A stretch of DNA of 64,000 nt from NCBI GenBank assembly GCA_022729235.1, contig JALDAJ010000001.1, positions 672,001-736,000 of the forward strand, written 5' to 3'. The position numbers and the translations under genes are program-made. Numbering within the stretch: the stretch's first letter is position 1; every line of letters begins with the position of its first letter. This document shows, in pieces, positions 37,555-48,386 of this stretch. This DNA comes from Candidatus Nanohalarchaeota archaeon. Lineage in GTDB: Archaea > Nanohalarchaeota > Nanosalinia > Nanosalinales > Nanosalinaceae. Under the pieces are notes generated by a model, which worked only from the letters and a program-made list of their open reading frames with translations, was not told the DNA's origin and did not search any database.

Positions 37555-38410
37555 CGTATATCACCCCGGAGTCCAGGTGGTGGGGGTAAACCCTGACGGT
37601 TTTGTTCATCTCTTCACTATATGATCTATCTTCGAATCTTTCTACGCCCCTGGTGTGTGGCGCCTCTGTATCTATTCTTTCCAGCTCTAGATCTGTATTC
37701 TCAAGGATGTGTTCCACCACTCCCTCGTTCTCCTCGGGCGCGATTGTGCAGGTAGAGTAGACCAGTGTGCCCTCCTCTTTCAGTAGTCTAGCTCCTTTCT
37801 CAACCAGCTGTTTCTGTAGCTCCGCCAGCCCCTCGATTTCGTCCTCTGGAGCAGGGTCGAAGTCTCTCCTGCATTGGTCGCCCTCTCCACTACACGGTGC
37901 ATCGACGAGTATGCGGTCGTAATTCTCGTCCTCCGGCAGCTGTCGCCCGTCGTAGTTGGTCACTGTTATACTTGCTGATCCGGTTCTGTAAACGTTGGCG
38001 TGAAGACTCTGAAGCCTCTTACCCGAGGAGTCGTTCGCGATAACACTTCCGCAGTTCTCGATTTCCGATGCAATCTGGGTTGCTTTTCCGCCCGGCGCCG
38101 CTGCCATATCAAGTATATTCTCATCTTTCTGTGGATTCATGATTTTTACGGGTAGCGCCGCGGACTCTTCCTGGACGTAGTACTCGCCGAGCCAGTGAAG
38201 CATCGACTTCCCTGGTAGGTCTGTCCCGGGGAGCCTGTAGACGTCAGGGTTCCAACTGGACTGTTCAACAGAGTCGAACTCTCGTCTCAGCCTTTCTTCA
38301 AAATCGTCGCCTGCCTTGATACAGTTCCTCCTGACGGTCTTGACCGCAGTTCTTCCGCACGCTTCCCGGAATGCTTCCCAGTCATCGATTATCGGTTTGT
38401 AGCGGTGCAT
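37535..38410 (-). CDS. RsmB/NOP2 RNA m5C methyltransferase
   Basis: DMAAAPGGK, ILVDAPCSG, YSTCT..PEENE. Confidence 0.95.
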   Translation of the reverse strand: MHRYKPIIDDWEAFREACGRTAVKTVRRNCIKAGDDFEERLRREFDSVEQSSWNPDVYRLPGTDLPGKSMLHWLGEYYVQEESAALPVKIMNPQKDENILDMAAAPGGKATQIASEIENCGSVIANDSSGKRLQSLHANVYRTGSASITVTNYDGRQLPEDENYDRILVDAPCSGEGDQCRRDFDPAPEDEIEGLAELQKQLVEKGARLLKEEGTLVYSTCTIAPEENEGVVEHILENTDLELERIDTEAPHTRGVERFEDRSYSEEMNKTVRVYPHHLDSGVIYVAKFRK

Positions 38411-38441
38411 AATTCGGGATAAAGGAGGAGAGTTTTATGTT

Positions 38442-39008
38442 TCAAAGATCGCCCAGTGTCTGCTGACCTGTTTCTTCTCTCCCGAACGCATTTCTCAGGT
38501 CTTCCTCGAGCATCGGCTCCTTGGAGCGGTCGTAGAGGGCTGCTGCCGGGTGAAAAGTCGGCATTATCTTCTGTCCTTCACGCGTGAATATCCTGCCGTG
38601 TAGAGAGGTTATCCCTTTCTTGGTGTCAAGAAGCTCGCGTGAGGCGAAGTTACCGAGCGTGATTATCAGTTCTGGGTCGACGTTTTCGATTTCTTTCTCC
38701 AGTAGAGGGTTCCAGGCGCTGATTTCATTCTTTTTTGGGTCGCGGTTGTCGGGCGGTCTTATCTTGACGAGGTTCGTGATGTAGAGTTCTTCTCTTTCCA
38801 TATCCATCTTATGCAGGATTTCGTCCAGTTTCTTTCCGGCGCGACCGACAAAGGGTTCGCCTTCCTCGACCTCGTTTGCCCCGGGAGCTTCGCCTACCAG
38901 CATGTAATCCGCGTCTTCAGAACCTACCGCGGGCACGAACCTTTCCTCGTCAAAGTGTTCTGAATCGAGCTGTGAGAAGAATTCCTGGTAACGCTCTCGG
39001 AAGTTCAT
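38442..39008 (-). CDS. Uracil-DNA glycosylase, family 4
   Basis: VGEAPG, PFVGRAG, RPPDNRDP, HPAA. Confidence 0.93.
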   Translation of the reverse strand: MNFRERYQEFFSQLDSEHFDEERFVPAVGSEDADYMLVGEAPGANEVEEGEPFVGRAGKKLDEILHKMDMEREELYITNLVKIRPPDNRDPKKNEISAWNPLLEKEIENVDPELIITLGNFASRELLDTKKGITSLHGRIFTREGQKIMPTFHPAAALYDRSKEPMLEEDLRNAFGREETGQQTLGDL

Positions 39009-39060
39009 GGGCGGGGTTTGAGACCTGAGTTTTTTAGGTTGTACTGTCAACAGGTTATCT

Positions 39061-39243
39061 ATGGATTTATCGGAGCTTGATAGAGAACAGAGACTGACAC
39101 TTGTTGGAGTCGTAGCTGTGATACTGGGTATCGTGGCGGTACCGCCTTTGATGCAGCACTTCTACGATGTGAGCGCCATACGTGTTGCATTCGTTGTAAT
39201 AGTTATCTATGCCGCGTTCAGCTGGTACCTGAAGAGTCGTTGA
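39061..39243 (+). CDS. Small membrane protein
   Basis: 60 aa, two TM segments. Confidence 0.6.
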   Translation: MDLSELDREQRLTLVGVVAVILGIVAVPPLMQHFYDVSAIRVAFVVIVIYAAFSWYLKSR

Positions 39244-39328
39244 ATGGAATAAGATGGTTTTGGTGTGAAAAAATCTCTGTTCCGAATAAGTGCACTTAAA
39301 CACTCGCAGTTACTCGAATCTGTGGTCT

Positions 39329-40087
39329 ATGAAACCGAGATACATACTTTTGGCTGTATTTTTGATGCTTGTAATAGGTGCTGTACTCGCTATTTCACAT
39401 ACCCAGGATGAGGGACAGGAAGAAACCTCGCAGGTCCGTGTTGTTCACATGTCGCCGGGTTTACAGGACGTAAGTGTCTTCATAGATGGTGAACGCAAGG
39501 CAGACGGTGTAGGCTTCGGGCAGGCTTCGGTTTACCAGGAGGTTGATACTGGTGACAGAGAGATTCAGGTAGCGCCGGCAGGGGCAGGTGTTGACCAGGA
39601 GTTAGCCGCCACCCGTTTCACTTTTGAGGAGGGAGAGTCCTATACCGTGGTCGTCACCGATAGAGGGTTCTCCCCTGGTGTAGAAGTTATCCAGGATGAT
39701 CCTCAACCGCAGCCCGGTCAGTCCCAGTTCAGGGTGGCGCAGTTCTCGCCTGACTTGCTTGAAGTGGATGTGGTTATTGAGGACGGTCCTTTGAGAAGAA
39801 TAGATGGTATACCTTACAGGTCATCTAGCGGTTACCAGTCGATTGAGCCAGGAAGTTACAGTCTGAGAGTTGAGGATGCGCCGGGTAGAGAGGTCTTTAC
39901 AGGGGATGTATCGCTGGAAGAGGATGCTACTTACACACTGTTCGTTGCGGGCGCGAGAGGTGCACCGCAGGGTTTACAGGTGGTGCCTGTAATCGATTCC
40001 CCGGAACCTGTAGAGCCAGAACCTGATAATGATGTACATGTAGATGATAGAGAATTTCTGATTGAATGCAGAATCGTGGAGCAGTGA
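39329..40087 (+). CDS. DUF4397 domain exported protein
   Basis: Two VRVVHxSP-type repeats. Confidence 0.85.
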   Translation: MKPRYILLAVFLMLVIGAVLAISHTQDEGQEETSQVRVVHMSPGLQDVSVFIDGERKADGVGFGQASVYQEVDTGDREIQVAPAGAGVDQELAATRFTFEEGESYTVVVTDRGFSPGVEVIQDDPQPQPGQSQFRVAQFSPDLLEVDVVIEDGPLRRIDGIPYRSSSGYQSIEPGSYSLRVEDAPGREVFTGDVSLEEDATYTLFVAGARGAPQGLQVVPVIDSPEPVEPEPDNDVHVDDREFLIECRIVEQ

Positions 40088-40090
40088 CAG

Positions 40091-42334
40091 TCAGAGCTCG
40101 ATTTTTCTTAGCCTGTTAGAGTTCGTGACCACCGAGATACTTGAAGTAGCCATAGCTATCTCCGCGATTACAGGGTGGAGAAGTCCTGCGAACGCAACTG
40201 GTATCGCCAGGACGTTGTAGACGAACGCCCAGAACAGGTTCTCCTTTATCTTCGTGAAAATTGCGTCTGAAAGTTTGAACGCCTTCACGACAGCGGTCAG
40301 GTCGCCCTTTACAAGCGTCACATCAGCGGTTTCAATCGCGATGTCTGTCCCGGTCCCGATAGCGATGCCGACATTCGCCTGCTTGAGAGCGGGCGCATCG
40401 TTTATCCCGTCGCCGACCATCGCCACGTTCCTGCCCTCGCCCTGTAACTCCCTGACTTTCTCGATCTTGTCCTCGGGAAGCACTTCCGCCATCACGTTCT
40501 CGATACCTACTCTATCTGCTATCGCCTCCGCGGTCTTCTCGTTGTCCCCGGTTATCATCCAGACCTCGAAGCCCTCATCACTGAGGTATTCAACTGCCTC
40601 AGCAGAGTCTTCTTTCAACGTGTCCGCGACAGCGATGACTCCGAGAACGTTTTCCTCGTCAGCGACAAACATCGCGGTCTTGCCCTCCGCTTCCAGTTCC
40701 TCCGCGATTTCCCCAAATGCGGACTCGGTTCCGAACTTGTCCATCAGCTTCCTGTTCCCGATGAGGTACGTTTCGCCGCCGATGTCTGCCTTCACGCCTT
40801 TCCCGGTAAAGCTCTCGAACTCCGAAATCTCTCTGAGTTCTAGTTCTTTTTCTTCCGCTCTCTCGACTATCGCCTGCCCGAGCGGGTGCTCACTTCCTTT
40901 CTCCACGGACGCGGCGATTTCCAGGAGTTTTTCTTTCTCCATATCGGTCTCGATGTCGGTGACCTCGGGCTCGCCATGGGTTATAGTCCCGGTTTTGTCG
41001 AGTATGACTGCGTCGAGTTTTCTCATGGTCTGGATGGCTTCACCGTCTCTGAATATGACTCCGTTCTCCGCCGCCTTACCGGTACCCACCATCAACGCCG
41101 TTGGAGTCGCCAGCCCGAGGGCGCATGGGCACGCGATTACGAGCACTGCTACGAGCACGAAAATCGCCTGCGTTAAAGGATCCGCGGCGGGACTTACCCA
41201 GGGGAGCCACCCGCCGATATTCACCGCGAGCTGTGAGAAGAACTCGGGGAAAAAGTACCAGAGAGTGGCTGCAGTAAATGCTGTAAGTATAACTACCGGG
41301 ACGAAGTAGGAGGTCACGCGGTCGGCGAACGCCTGGATAGGGACCTTGGTTCCCTGAGCCTCCTCTACGAGGTCGACGACCTGCGAGAAGAAGGTGTCCT
41401 CCCCGACTTTTGTTGCCTCCATCTTGATGCGCCCGGTCTGGTTGACGGTCGACCCTATCACCTCGTCACCTTCCTGTTTCGACACGGGCTCGCTTTCACC
41501 TGTCGCCATCGACTCGTCCACGCTGGACTCGCCCTCTACTATCTCGCCGTCAACAGGGATTTTCTCGCCGGGTTTCACGACCAGGGTGTCGCCAACTTCT
41601 ACTTTTTCGACAGGCACCTCTTTTTCTTCCCCATCGACTATTTTCCGGGCGGTCTCCGCCTGTACGGACATCAGTTTCTCTATTGCCTCTGACGCCCGAC
41701 CTTTTGCCTTATTTTCAACGTATTTTCCGGTCAGGTGGAACGCCATTATCATCGCGCCTATCGCGGCGTAGTTCTGCAACGGCATGAAGAACACGAGCAC
41801 GCCTGTAATAAACGCGACGGATGTACCCATGGTTATCAGGGTGTCCATGTTCGCGTTGAGGTGTCTTGCAGCATTTATCGATGCTCTGTGAACAGGTTTT
41901 CCGAGCCAGAAAACGACGGGTATCGATGCGAGAAGCATCAGGAGGTCCATCTGCGTGTGCGTCATACCGATGTCAATAAGGTCCCACATCGCTACAATCA
42001 TGAAGACTGCGAGCGGGACCGTGATTATCCATGCATAGAGCATCCGGCTGTAGCTGTAGTCGGTCTCAACTGCCGAGTGACTGCTGTGTTCATGACTTTC
42101 GTGTCCTTCCTCTTCCCTGACGCTGTAGCCGGCGCTCTCAACTGCTTCAACCAAATCGCTGTACCCTGTTTCTTCAGAATGTTCTATATGCGCCTTCCCG
42201 CTTGCGTAGTTGACACTGACTTCTTCCACGCCTTCAACGCTGGAAAGGCTTTTCTCGATGCTGGATACGCAGGACGCGCAGTGCATCCCTTCTATGTTGA
42301 GTTTGGTTTTCTCAGTCGCTTCAGAGTCTTTCAT
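40091..42334 (-). CDS. copA: Copper-translocating P1B-type ATPase
   Basis: GMHCASC HMA domain, [26 protein letters not shown]. Confidence 0.95.
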   Translation of the reverse strand: MKDSEATEKTKLNIEGMHCASCVSSIEKSLSSVEGVEEVSVNYASGKAHIEHSEETGYSDLVEAVESAGYSVREEEGHESHEHSSHSAVETDYSYSRMLYAWIITVPLAVFMIVAMWDLIDIGMTHTQMDLLMLLASIPVVFWLGKPVHRASINAARHLNANMDTLITMGTSVAFITGVLVFFMPLQNYAAIGAMIMAFHLTGKYVENKAKGRASEAIEKLMSVQAETARKIVDGEEKEVPVEKVEVGDTLVVKPGEKIPVDGEIVEGESSVDESMATGESEPVSKQEGDEVIGSTVNQTGRIKMEATKVGEDTFFSQVVDLVEEAQGTKVPIQAFADRVTSYFVPVVILTAFTAATLWYFFPEFFSQLAVNIGGWLPWVSPAADPLTQAIFVLVAVLVIACPCALGLATPTALMVGTGKAAENGVIFRDGEAIQTMRKLDAVILDKTGTITHGEPEVTDIETDMEKEKLLEIAASVEKGSEHPLGQAIVERAEEKELELREISEFESFTGKGVKADIGGETYLIGNRKLMDKFGTESAFGEIAEELEAEGKTAMFVADEENVLGVIAVADTLKEDSAEAVEYLSDEGFEVWMITGDNEKTAEAIADRVGIENVMAEVLPEDKIEKVRELQGEGRNVAMVGDGINDAPALKQANVGIAIGTGTDIAIETADVTLVKGDLTAVVKAFKLSDAIFTKIKENLFWAFVYNVLAIPVAFAGLLHPVIAEIAMATSSISVVTNSNRLRKIEL

Positions 42335-42795
42335 CGTGTCGTGAACTCGCCTTTGACATTTCCCTCAGATATCTTGAAAAACTGCCATTCTTCGGACTTT
42401 GATCCCGGCATACCTGGGCTGCCAGAAGGCATCCCTGGGAGCACTACTGCGTCCGCGTCAGGTTCTTCTTCAACGACCTCGTTGAACACGTCAACTGGGA
42501 CGTGACCCTTGATTACGTAATCATCCATTTCTGTCAGATGACAGGACCAGTAGTTCTCGGGTATCCCGTGCCTCTTGTAGATTTGCTGGAGTTCATGATT
42601 ACTGTGTTCGACTACTTTGATATCGGCTCCTGCTCTCTCAAGATGCTGAACGTGCCCGGTACAACAGTTGCAGTTAGGTGACAGATGAACTGTAGCTTCG
42701 TCGAACTCTGCGTCCTCTGCCGAGCCGCTTGATGCGATGAGTATGCCCGCGACCAGCAGTACTCCGAGCGCTACAATGCCGTGTTTCCAGTTCAT
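42331..42795 (-). CDS. DUF411 metal-binding exported protein
   Basis: [24 protein letters not shown]. Confidence 0.9.
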   Translation of the reverse strand: MNWKHGIVALGVLLVAGILIASSGSAEDAEFDEATVHLSPNCNCCTGHVQHLERAGADIKVVEHSNHELQQIYKRHGIPENYWSCHLTEMDDYVIKGHVPVDVFNEVVEEEPDADAVVLPGMPSGSPGMPGSKSEEWQFFKISEGNVKGEFTTR

Positions 42796-42850
42796 AATAT
42801 GTCTTATTGTGATACACTGTTTTTATATCATATGCTGATACATCTTCTGT

Positions 42851-43255
42851 ATGTCGGAGCAAAAGGAACTGGATGTCTCAAACACTATCCGGCTCTACAC
42901 TTTACTACTTCTAGAAACTGAGCCTAAGCACGGCTATCGGATAATCAAGGACCTGAAAAAGATCACTGGCAAGGAGCCGACCACTTCGCATATCTACCCG
43001 TTTCTACAGGATCTGGCGGAGGAAGGGTATGTTGACACCAGGAAGGAGGGTAGAAAAAAGATTTATCGGCTGACTGATGACGGTGAAGACTTTGTGCAGG
43101 AGCAGATAGATTCTTTCGCGACAATCCTTGACGCGGCTCTCCAGGACAGGATCGAGGAGTGCGCGCACTGCGACTGCAAGATTTACGACGGTGGCTACGA
43201 GGAGAACGGGAATGTCTACTGCTGTAGTCACTGTGCTGAGGCGGACCAGGGATAG
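42851..43255 (+). CDS. PadR-family regulator with C-terminal Cys-rich metal-binding tail
   Basis: HGY, IYP.L, RKKIYRLT; CAHCDC...YCCSHC. Confidence 0.88.
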   Translation: MSEQKELDVSNTIRLYTLLLLETEPKHGYRIIKDLKKITGKEPTTSHIYPFLQDLAEEGYVDTRKEGRKKIYRLTDDGEDFVQEQIDSFATILDAALQDRIEECAHCDCKIYDGGYEENGNVYCCSHCAEADQG

Positions 43256-43302
43256 CCTGTTCTACAGGGGAGGATTTAATTCTGCAACGGTATGTTAGAG
43301 GC

Positions 43303-43563
43303 ATGCCTGATGAGACAGTTTTCAAGATGGAGGAGCGCATGGAGCCTTTCGAGATAGCCGAGTACCTCCGGGAGATAGCGGACAGGCTCGAGAGAGAAGA
43401 ACCTATAGACCTGAGCTCGGGGGCGCAGTCTGTGAACCTGGAGACGTCGGGGGAAACAGTTTTCGAAGTGGAAGTCGAGAGAGACCGTGAAGACAGCGAG
43501 GAGAAGCTGGAACTGGAGATTGAGTGGAAACGGCGAGAGAGCTCGGGGCTGGAGATAGGTTGA
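43303..43563 (+). CDS. Amphi-Trp domain protein
   Basis: EIAEYLREIADRL...LELEIEW. Confidence 0.88.
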   Translation: MPDETVFKMEERMEPFEIAEYLREIADRLEREEPIDLSSGAQSVNLETSGETVFEVEVERDREDSEEKLELEIEWKRRESSGLEIG

Positions 43564-43611
43564 ACCTGTTTCTACAGCTCTAGAAAAAAGAAAAACAAAA
43601 TCTGTTCCTAT

Positions 43612-43923
43612 CTAGTTCTGCTGTTGTTCTTCCTCCATTTCATCGTCTTCTGTTTCTTCATCTTCCATCTCTTCCATCATCTCTTCCATTCTGTCCATCA
43701 TTTCCTCCATCTCCTGCATCATCTCTTCCATCATCTGCTGGTGTTCTTGCATGTGTTCTTGATGTTCCTGCATCTGTTGATGCATCTGCTGTCTCTGCTG
43801 GTCTTCAGGCATCTCTTCTTCGTCTTCTTCCATCTCTCCGTTGTGCATCATCGCTGTCGCGGAAGAGGCTAGACCGATAGCCAGGATAGCGATAAGCGCT
43901 GTCGAGAATAGTTTTTTGTTCAT
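43612..43923 (-). CDS. Secreted Met/His/Glu-rich small protein (possible metal binder)
   Basis: Signal peptide; QMHQQMQEHQEHMQEHQQMMEEMM. Confidence 0.7.
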   Translation of the reverse strand: MNKKLFSTALIAILAIGLASSATAMMHNGEMEEDEEEMPEDQQRQQMHQQMQEHQEHMQEHQQMMEEMMQEMEEMMDRMEEMMEEMEDEETEDDEMEEEQQQN

Positions 43924-44070
43924 CTTGGTCACCCGTGATGTGGCTGTCTGCCGCATTAAATAGGCATTACTGTGGTACAGTGTTACTGTCAAAGTCGGAA
44001 AATCTAGAAATTTATTTGGAAACTCGGAACGTTTTCTGGGCATATCAAATCTGTGGAGAGGAAACTTCGT

Positions 44071-44144
44071 TCCCGACCCCCCGATTTGAACGGGGGACAA
44101 GTCGCTCTACAGGCGACCGCTCTGCCAGACTGAGCTAGGTCGGG
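44071..44144 (-). tRNA. tRNA-Tyr(GTA)
   Basis: C1-G72 CCCGACC acceptor, GTCGC-CT-GTA-GA-GCGAC. Confidence 0.95.
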
Positions 44145-44220
44145 AAATGGCTTTCAGGCGTGATCGACCGGTCAGACCAGAAACCTGTATGGTTTCGACC
44201 TGAGCTAGGTCGGGAAATGG
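44130..44220. repeat. 21-bp direct repeat of the tRNA-Tyr 5' end flanking a hairpin
   Basis: CTGAGCTAGGTCGGGAAATGG at 44130-44150 and 44200-44220. Confidence 0.9.
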
Positions 44221-44253
44221 TTTCCGACAATGTCAAGGTAGAAGGTCAAGTTT

Positions 44254-45615
44254 TTAAGTGTCGCGCGGGTTGAAGCCGACTTCGACCTCACTGCTCTCTT
44301 TTGGTTCTCTTTCCTCGGATTTCAGCTCTGCTTCTGGCAGTGTCACGTCACCTTCCACCTCGAACAGAGGGTTGATTGTGTACTCGAACACTCTCTGGTC
44401 GCCAGGTTCAAGTTCTTCTATATCCCAGGTGAGTCTTGTCCCGTTCGGGGTTTTCCGGATCACGGGGCGTGCCATGGCGAACTTGTCGTTTACAGAGGCG
44501 ATGTCAGGTACGAAGTCGGTGAGTTCTACGTTTTTCAGTGTCTCGTTTGACCTGTTCTCTACCTCTATATGGATTTTGACGCCGTCCTCTGTTTCTCGCC
44601 CTGTTTTCACTAGTTTCACAGGATTTCTTAACCTCTTCAGGAGAACCAGTCCTCCGAGCAGGGCTGCCAGGATTGTCAGCGGTATCCAGTACTGGATGGT
44701 GTAGCTTACCGAATCGCTGCTTCCAGGTTCAAGTTCGAGGTTCCATGTGTATACGTAAGAGTCTTCGTGTATCTCGGTCTGGTCAGGTTCCTGGTCAAAA
44801 CTTGTTATCGGTGATAGGTATCTTGGCAGGGTTTCCTGGAGTTCTACAGGATTCTCAGTGTTTCCCTGGTTTTCCGCTCCGATTGTTTTAAAGTAGAAAA
44901 GTATCCTATTGTCAACGTCGACGGTTCTTTCGATTTTCTCAAGTCGCTCTACTTCAACGCGGTGTCCTGTGACCTCCCCCTGTGTTTCTCCACGTTCGAT
45001 GTAGAATGTTACGTCTTGATCTCCTGGAGGGGTGTTTTCAGGTATTTCCAGGGAAAGAGTCATCATGACCTGTGAACTTGGATCCAGTGGTAGCCCGGAT
45101 TTATTGACCTGGTGGCCCCCTAACTCTGCTCTGATGGAGTAGTCTTCAACTGTTTCTCGTGCTGTGTTTGCTAATTCTATCGTGTACTCTGCTTCTTCAC
45201 CGGGTTCGTAGCTTGCCTTGTTGCTGGATAAACGGGTTATCGAAATATCGTATGGGCTTTTAACTGCGAACTGTGATTCCAGTTTTTGTGTCTGATCTCC
45301 TGCGTTTATGAAGACGTTGAACATGTAGTTCTGCTGCAGTATATCATCAGGAGGTGTCACCTGTATTTCGAGCGTCTTTGTTTCTCCAGGGTCCAGAAAA
45401 GTATTGGATTTTTCAACATTGAACCACTGTGAGTGAGGATTGACGCTTGTTGAGAAGAGTTCTCTCTCGCCGAGAGTGTTTTCGACTGTTAGCTCGAATT
45501 GACCGGGGTTATCGGTGCTTGCGGTCCTGTCAATGGTTTCTATCGAGGCGGAGAAGGCTGCTGCCGTTCCTGCCAGCAGGATCAAGAAGGCTGCTGTGAC
45601 GGCACTTTTACGCAT
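44254..45615 (-). CDS. Cell-surface Ig-like repeat protein (CARDB/DUF11-like) with internal TM
   Basis: Signal peptide, repeated V.N.G / L.PGE motifs, TM near residue 310. Confidence 0.75.
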   Translation of the reverse strand: MRKSAVTAAFLILLAGTAAAFSASIETIDRTASTDNPGQFELTVENTLGERELFSTSVNPHSQWFNVEKSNTFLDPGETKTLEIQVTPPDDILQQNYMFNVFINAGDQTQKLESQFAVKSPYDISITRLSSNKASYEPGEEAEYTIELANTARETVEDYSIRAELGGHQVNKSGLPLDPSSQVMMTLSLEIPENTPPGDQDVTFYIERGETQGEVTGHRVEVERLEKIERTVDVDNRILFYFKTIGAENQGNTENPVELQETLPRYLSPITSFDQEPDQTEIHEDSYVYTWNLELEPGSSDSVSYTIQYWIPLTILAALLGGLVLLKRLRNPVKLVKTGRETEDGVKIHIEVENRSNETLKNVELTDFVPDIASVNDKFAMARPVIRKTPNGTRLTWDIEELEPGDQRVFEYTINPLFEVEGDVTLPEAELKSEEREPKESSEVEVGFNPRDT

Positions 45616-45697
45616 GGTGTAGCTTTGTCCTCTGAATATTTAAAACCGCGATACCCATGGATAGACCTTTTTAAACAGCAGAGCACCGATTTCTTTT

Positions 45698-46759
45698 ATG
45701 GAGGAAGATGTTCTAGTACTCGGGGCAGGATTCGCAGGGATAAACACTTCTCTAAGACTTTCGAGAAAAGGATTCGAGGTTACTCTGGTGGATATGAATA
45801 GTTCCCACGAGTTCACGCCGGGTATAATAGACCTGTTCGGGGATAGGATTACAGAGAAAAGTCTAAGTCTTGATATGGAAGAGTTCCTGGACGGGACAGG
45901 CATACAGTTTGAGCAGGAGCTTGTCGAAGGTATAAACCCTGATAAAGAAGTTGTTCATACAGGTAGCGGGGATTATCACTATGATTATCTCGTAGTTGCG
46001 CTAGGTGGAGACGTAAAGACAAACGGCGTCGACATCTCGGAGGCGGTAACCGTATACAGTATTGAAGATGCAAAGAGGATACGTGAGCAGATCGGAGATG
46101 TGGACGAGGTTTTGGTGGTAGGGGCAGGCTACACAGGTATAGAAGCTGCCACAGAACTCCGGTTACAGGGTCTGGGTGTCACTGTTGTAGATAAGTCTAC
46201 TCGCCCTATGCCGTGCTCGACTGAGGAGGTCTCGCATACTGTCCTTGACTACATGAACGAGAAGGGGATAAAATTCAGGGGAGGTAAGAAAGTAGTTGAT
46301 GTCACGGAGAACGGGGTTGAGACAGAAGAAGATGAGATAAACGCGGATATGGTGGTCTGGGCAGGAGGCATCAGGTCCTCGAAAGTGGTGAGAGATTCAT
46401 TTGACACTGATAGCGGTCTGCCGGTGAATGCCGGGCTTTCATCAGAAGAGTACTCGAACGTCTTCGCCGCGGGAGACTGTGCTGATACGGATGCCCTGAA
46501 CACGGCGCAGAATGCCGAGAAACAGGGTAGGCTTATAGCCGAGAACATGCTGAAGAGAGAGGATGAAAGCCTGGAGGGTTATGAGCCTGGAAAGGAGCTT
46601 CTCGTGGTTTCTATGGGTGACACAGGGATGCTGGTACACGGCGATCGTGTTTTCAAGAACAGGTCTTTCCGGTTCCTGAAGAAGTTGATACGGAGGATGT
46701 ATTTCCTGAGACTGAGCTATGAGAAGATGAGAATCAGGGTTTCTCGCATCTTCGGATAG
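45698..46759 (+). CDS. FAD-dependent oxidoreductase (type II NADH dehydrogenase-like)
   Basis: GAGFAG, GAGYTGIE, VWAGG, AGDC. Confidence 0.88.
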   Translation: MEEDVLVLGAGFAGINTSLRLSRKGFEVTLVDMNSSHEFTPGIIDLFGDRITEKSLSLDMEEFLDGTGIQFEQELVEGINPDKEVVHTGSGDYHYDYLVVALGGDVKTNGVDISEAVTVYSIEDAKRIREQIGDVDEVLVVGAGYTGIEAATELRLQGLGVTVVDKSTRPMPCSTEEVSHTVLDYMNEKGIKFRGGKKVVDVTENGVETEEDEINADMVVWAGGIRSSKVVRDSFDTDSGLPVNAGLSSEEYSNVFAAGDCADTDALNTAQNAEKQGRLIAENMLKREDESLEGYEPGKELLVVSMGDTGMLVHGDRVFKNRSFRFLKKLIRRMYFLRLSYEKMRIRVSRIFG

Positions 46760-46881
46760 TTGTAATACATAATTCTGTATAAAGCGTTATTAGGCATTTT
46801 TGTAATGCGATGGTATTACAATTGCTGGTTTTTGGGCGGAGGATATAGGTTCTCAAATTAATAAGCGAGCTGTGAGATTTT

Positions 46882-47706
46882 GTGTTTATGCAGATCGTAA
46901 ATGAGGAAGATGTTTCCGGCGAGAGGTGGCTGGGGTTTGAATGGTCTGACTGGTCTCTGCTCAAGCCACGCACAAAGAAGATTTCGCAGGTCCCTGAGAC
47001 ACCAGGTTTTTTCCGTATAAAGAAAGTAGGCGGTCGGGGACTGGATTATGTTGGACAGACTGGGCGAAATCTCAAGGAGCGTCTTATCCACCTTGCCAAC
47101 CAGGTGAATGCTGATAAGAGACCGGACGACTCGAAGTCGTCTGCGAAGCATCTATGGGAGTTAAAGGATTTTGGTGGTGGCAGGTTCGAGTTCTCTTATA
47201 TCAACCCGAATATCGCGCGTTCAGAGATTGATAGGCTGGGTCTGGAGAACGTTATGTTCGCGATGCATGTCCGGTACAGGGGTAAGAGTCCTACCGTAAA
47301 TCTTGACCGCAAACTGAATACGCGGGAGAGTGAGTCGGTCCTGGATAGGCTGGAATGGGGTATGGGGGAGATGACTTCCCGGGACTGGATGGGTCTGGAC
47401 TGGACGGAGCCCCGGAGGATGAAGGATCGGATGGAAATCGACTGCTCTCACGTAGTCTACCGCATCTGGTTCCCGGATTTTACACCGCCCCTGGCCTACA
47501 TCGGTAAGAGTACGAACGTCGCCAACCGCCTGATAAAACATGAGAAAAAGTTTGGTTCGAGCGCTCTCTTTTCAGTAGCTCCTATCAAATCCAATCTGAA
47601 GGATGTTGAGGCTTCACTGATAGCGAACCACTACATAACTACCAATACTTTGCCCAAGGGACAGGATGGTAGAAGAAACAAGTTCAGGTGGAGACACAAC
47701 AAATAA
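46882..47706 (+). CDS. Tandem GIY-YIG nuclease-domain protein
   Basis: PGFFRI...YVGQT..LKERL and VVYRI...YIGKS..NRL. Confidence 0.8.
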   Translation: MFMQIVNEEDVSGERWLGFEWSDWSLLKPRTKKISQVPETPGFFRIKKVGGRGLDYVGQTGRNLKERLIHLANQVNADKRPDDSKSSAKHLWELKDFGGGRFEFSYINPNIARSEIDRLGLENVMFAMHVRYRGKSPTVNLDRKLNTRESESVLDRLEWGMGEMTSRDWMGLDWTEPRRMKDRMEIDCSHVVYRIWFPDFTPPLAYIGKSTNVANRLIKHEKKFGSSALFSVAPIKSNLKDVEASLIANHYITTNTLPKGQDGRRNKFRWRHNK

Positions 47707-47879
47707 ACGCTTTATAATCGTCCATTTTGTGTTTGGAGATATTAAAATATTTTTATCCGGGTTTGATGACTTATCCTATATTTTATCCTTATTTTGACCT
47801 TATTATAGAGTTTTAAGCTCTCTAGGCGTTGTTTAAAAGACCCTAAGTTTAAATAACGAATTTTACGCGTTTCTATAAT

Positions 47880-48302
47880 ATGGTGAAACATGCGTCCAAG
47901 ACGACGATTCTAACGTTTCTCATAACCTCTTTGATTCTAATACCTTCTGTAAGCGCCCAGGAGGAAGATAGCGGTCCCGAGATAGAGATGGTGGAGCCCT
48001 GGCCCTCAGATGTAGGGCACAACGACTACCTGTACACTGATGCTCGTATAGAAAGTACAGGGGATGAAGTTGATGCCTGGTACGAAGTAAAAGATGAGGC
48101 TGGTAACTTAGAGGGAGAAAGAGAGATTGTGGACACAGTGGGTGACGGGTACTACGTCAGCCCCAGGGCGATACAGGTTGAAGGCGGTGAGACTTATGAT
48201 GTTGAAGTTACTGCCTGTGAAGCCGGTGGAGAGTGCAGCTCGAAACAGGTTACGGTCATGACGGAGTGCATGATAGACTTACTCGGGGACTGCATGTACT
48301 GA
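47880..48302 (+). CDS. Secreted hypothetical protein
   Basis: Signal peptide, beta-rich, 4 Cys. Confidence 0.7.
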   Translation: MVKHASKTTILTFLITSLILIPSVSAQEEDSGPEIEMVEPWPSDVGHNDYLYTDARIESTGDEVDAWYEVKDEAGNLEGEREIVDTVGDGYYVSPRAIQVEGGETYDVEVTACEAGGECSSKQVTVMTECMIDLLGDCMY

Positions 48303-48386
48303 TACCCTCTATTTTTCTCTATTTTTATCTAAGATATTTCGCTGTGAAGCCAAGGCATATACAGCAGGATGTCAAGTAATCATATT

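Noticed and set aside
40254-42505. Long plus-strand ORFs opposite copA (and similar antisense ORFs throughout)
   Set aside because: Ser/Phe-rich shadow frames produced by Glu/Asp-rich genes on the other strand.
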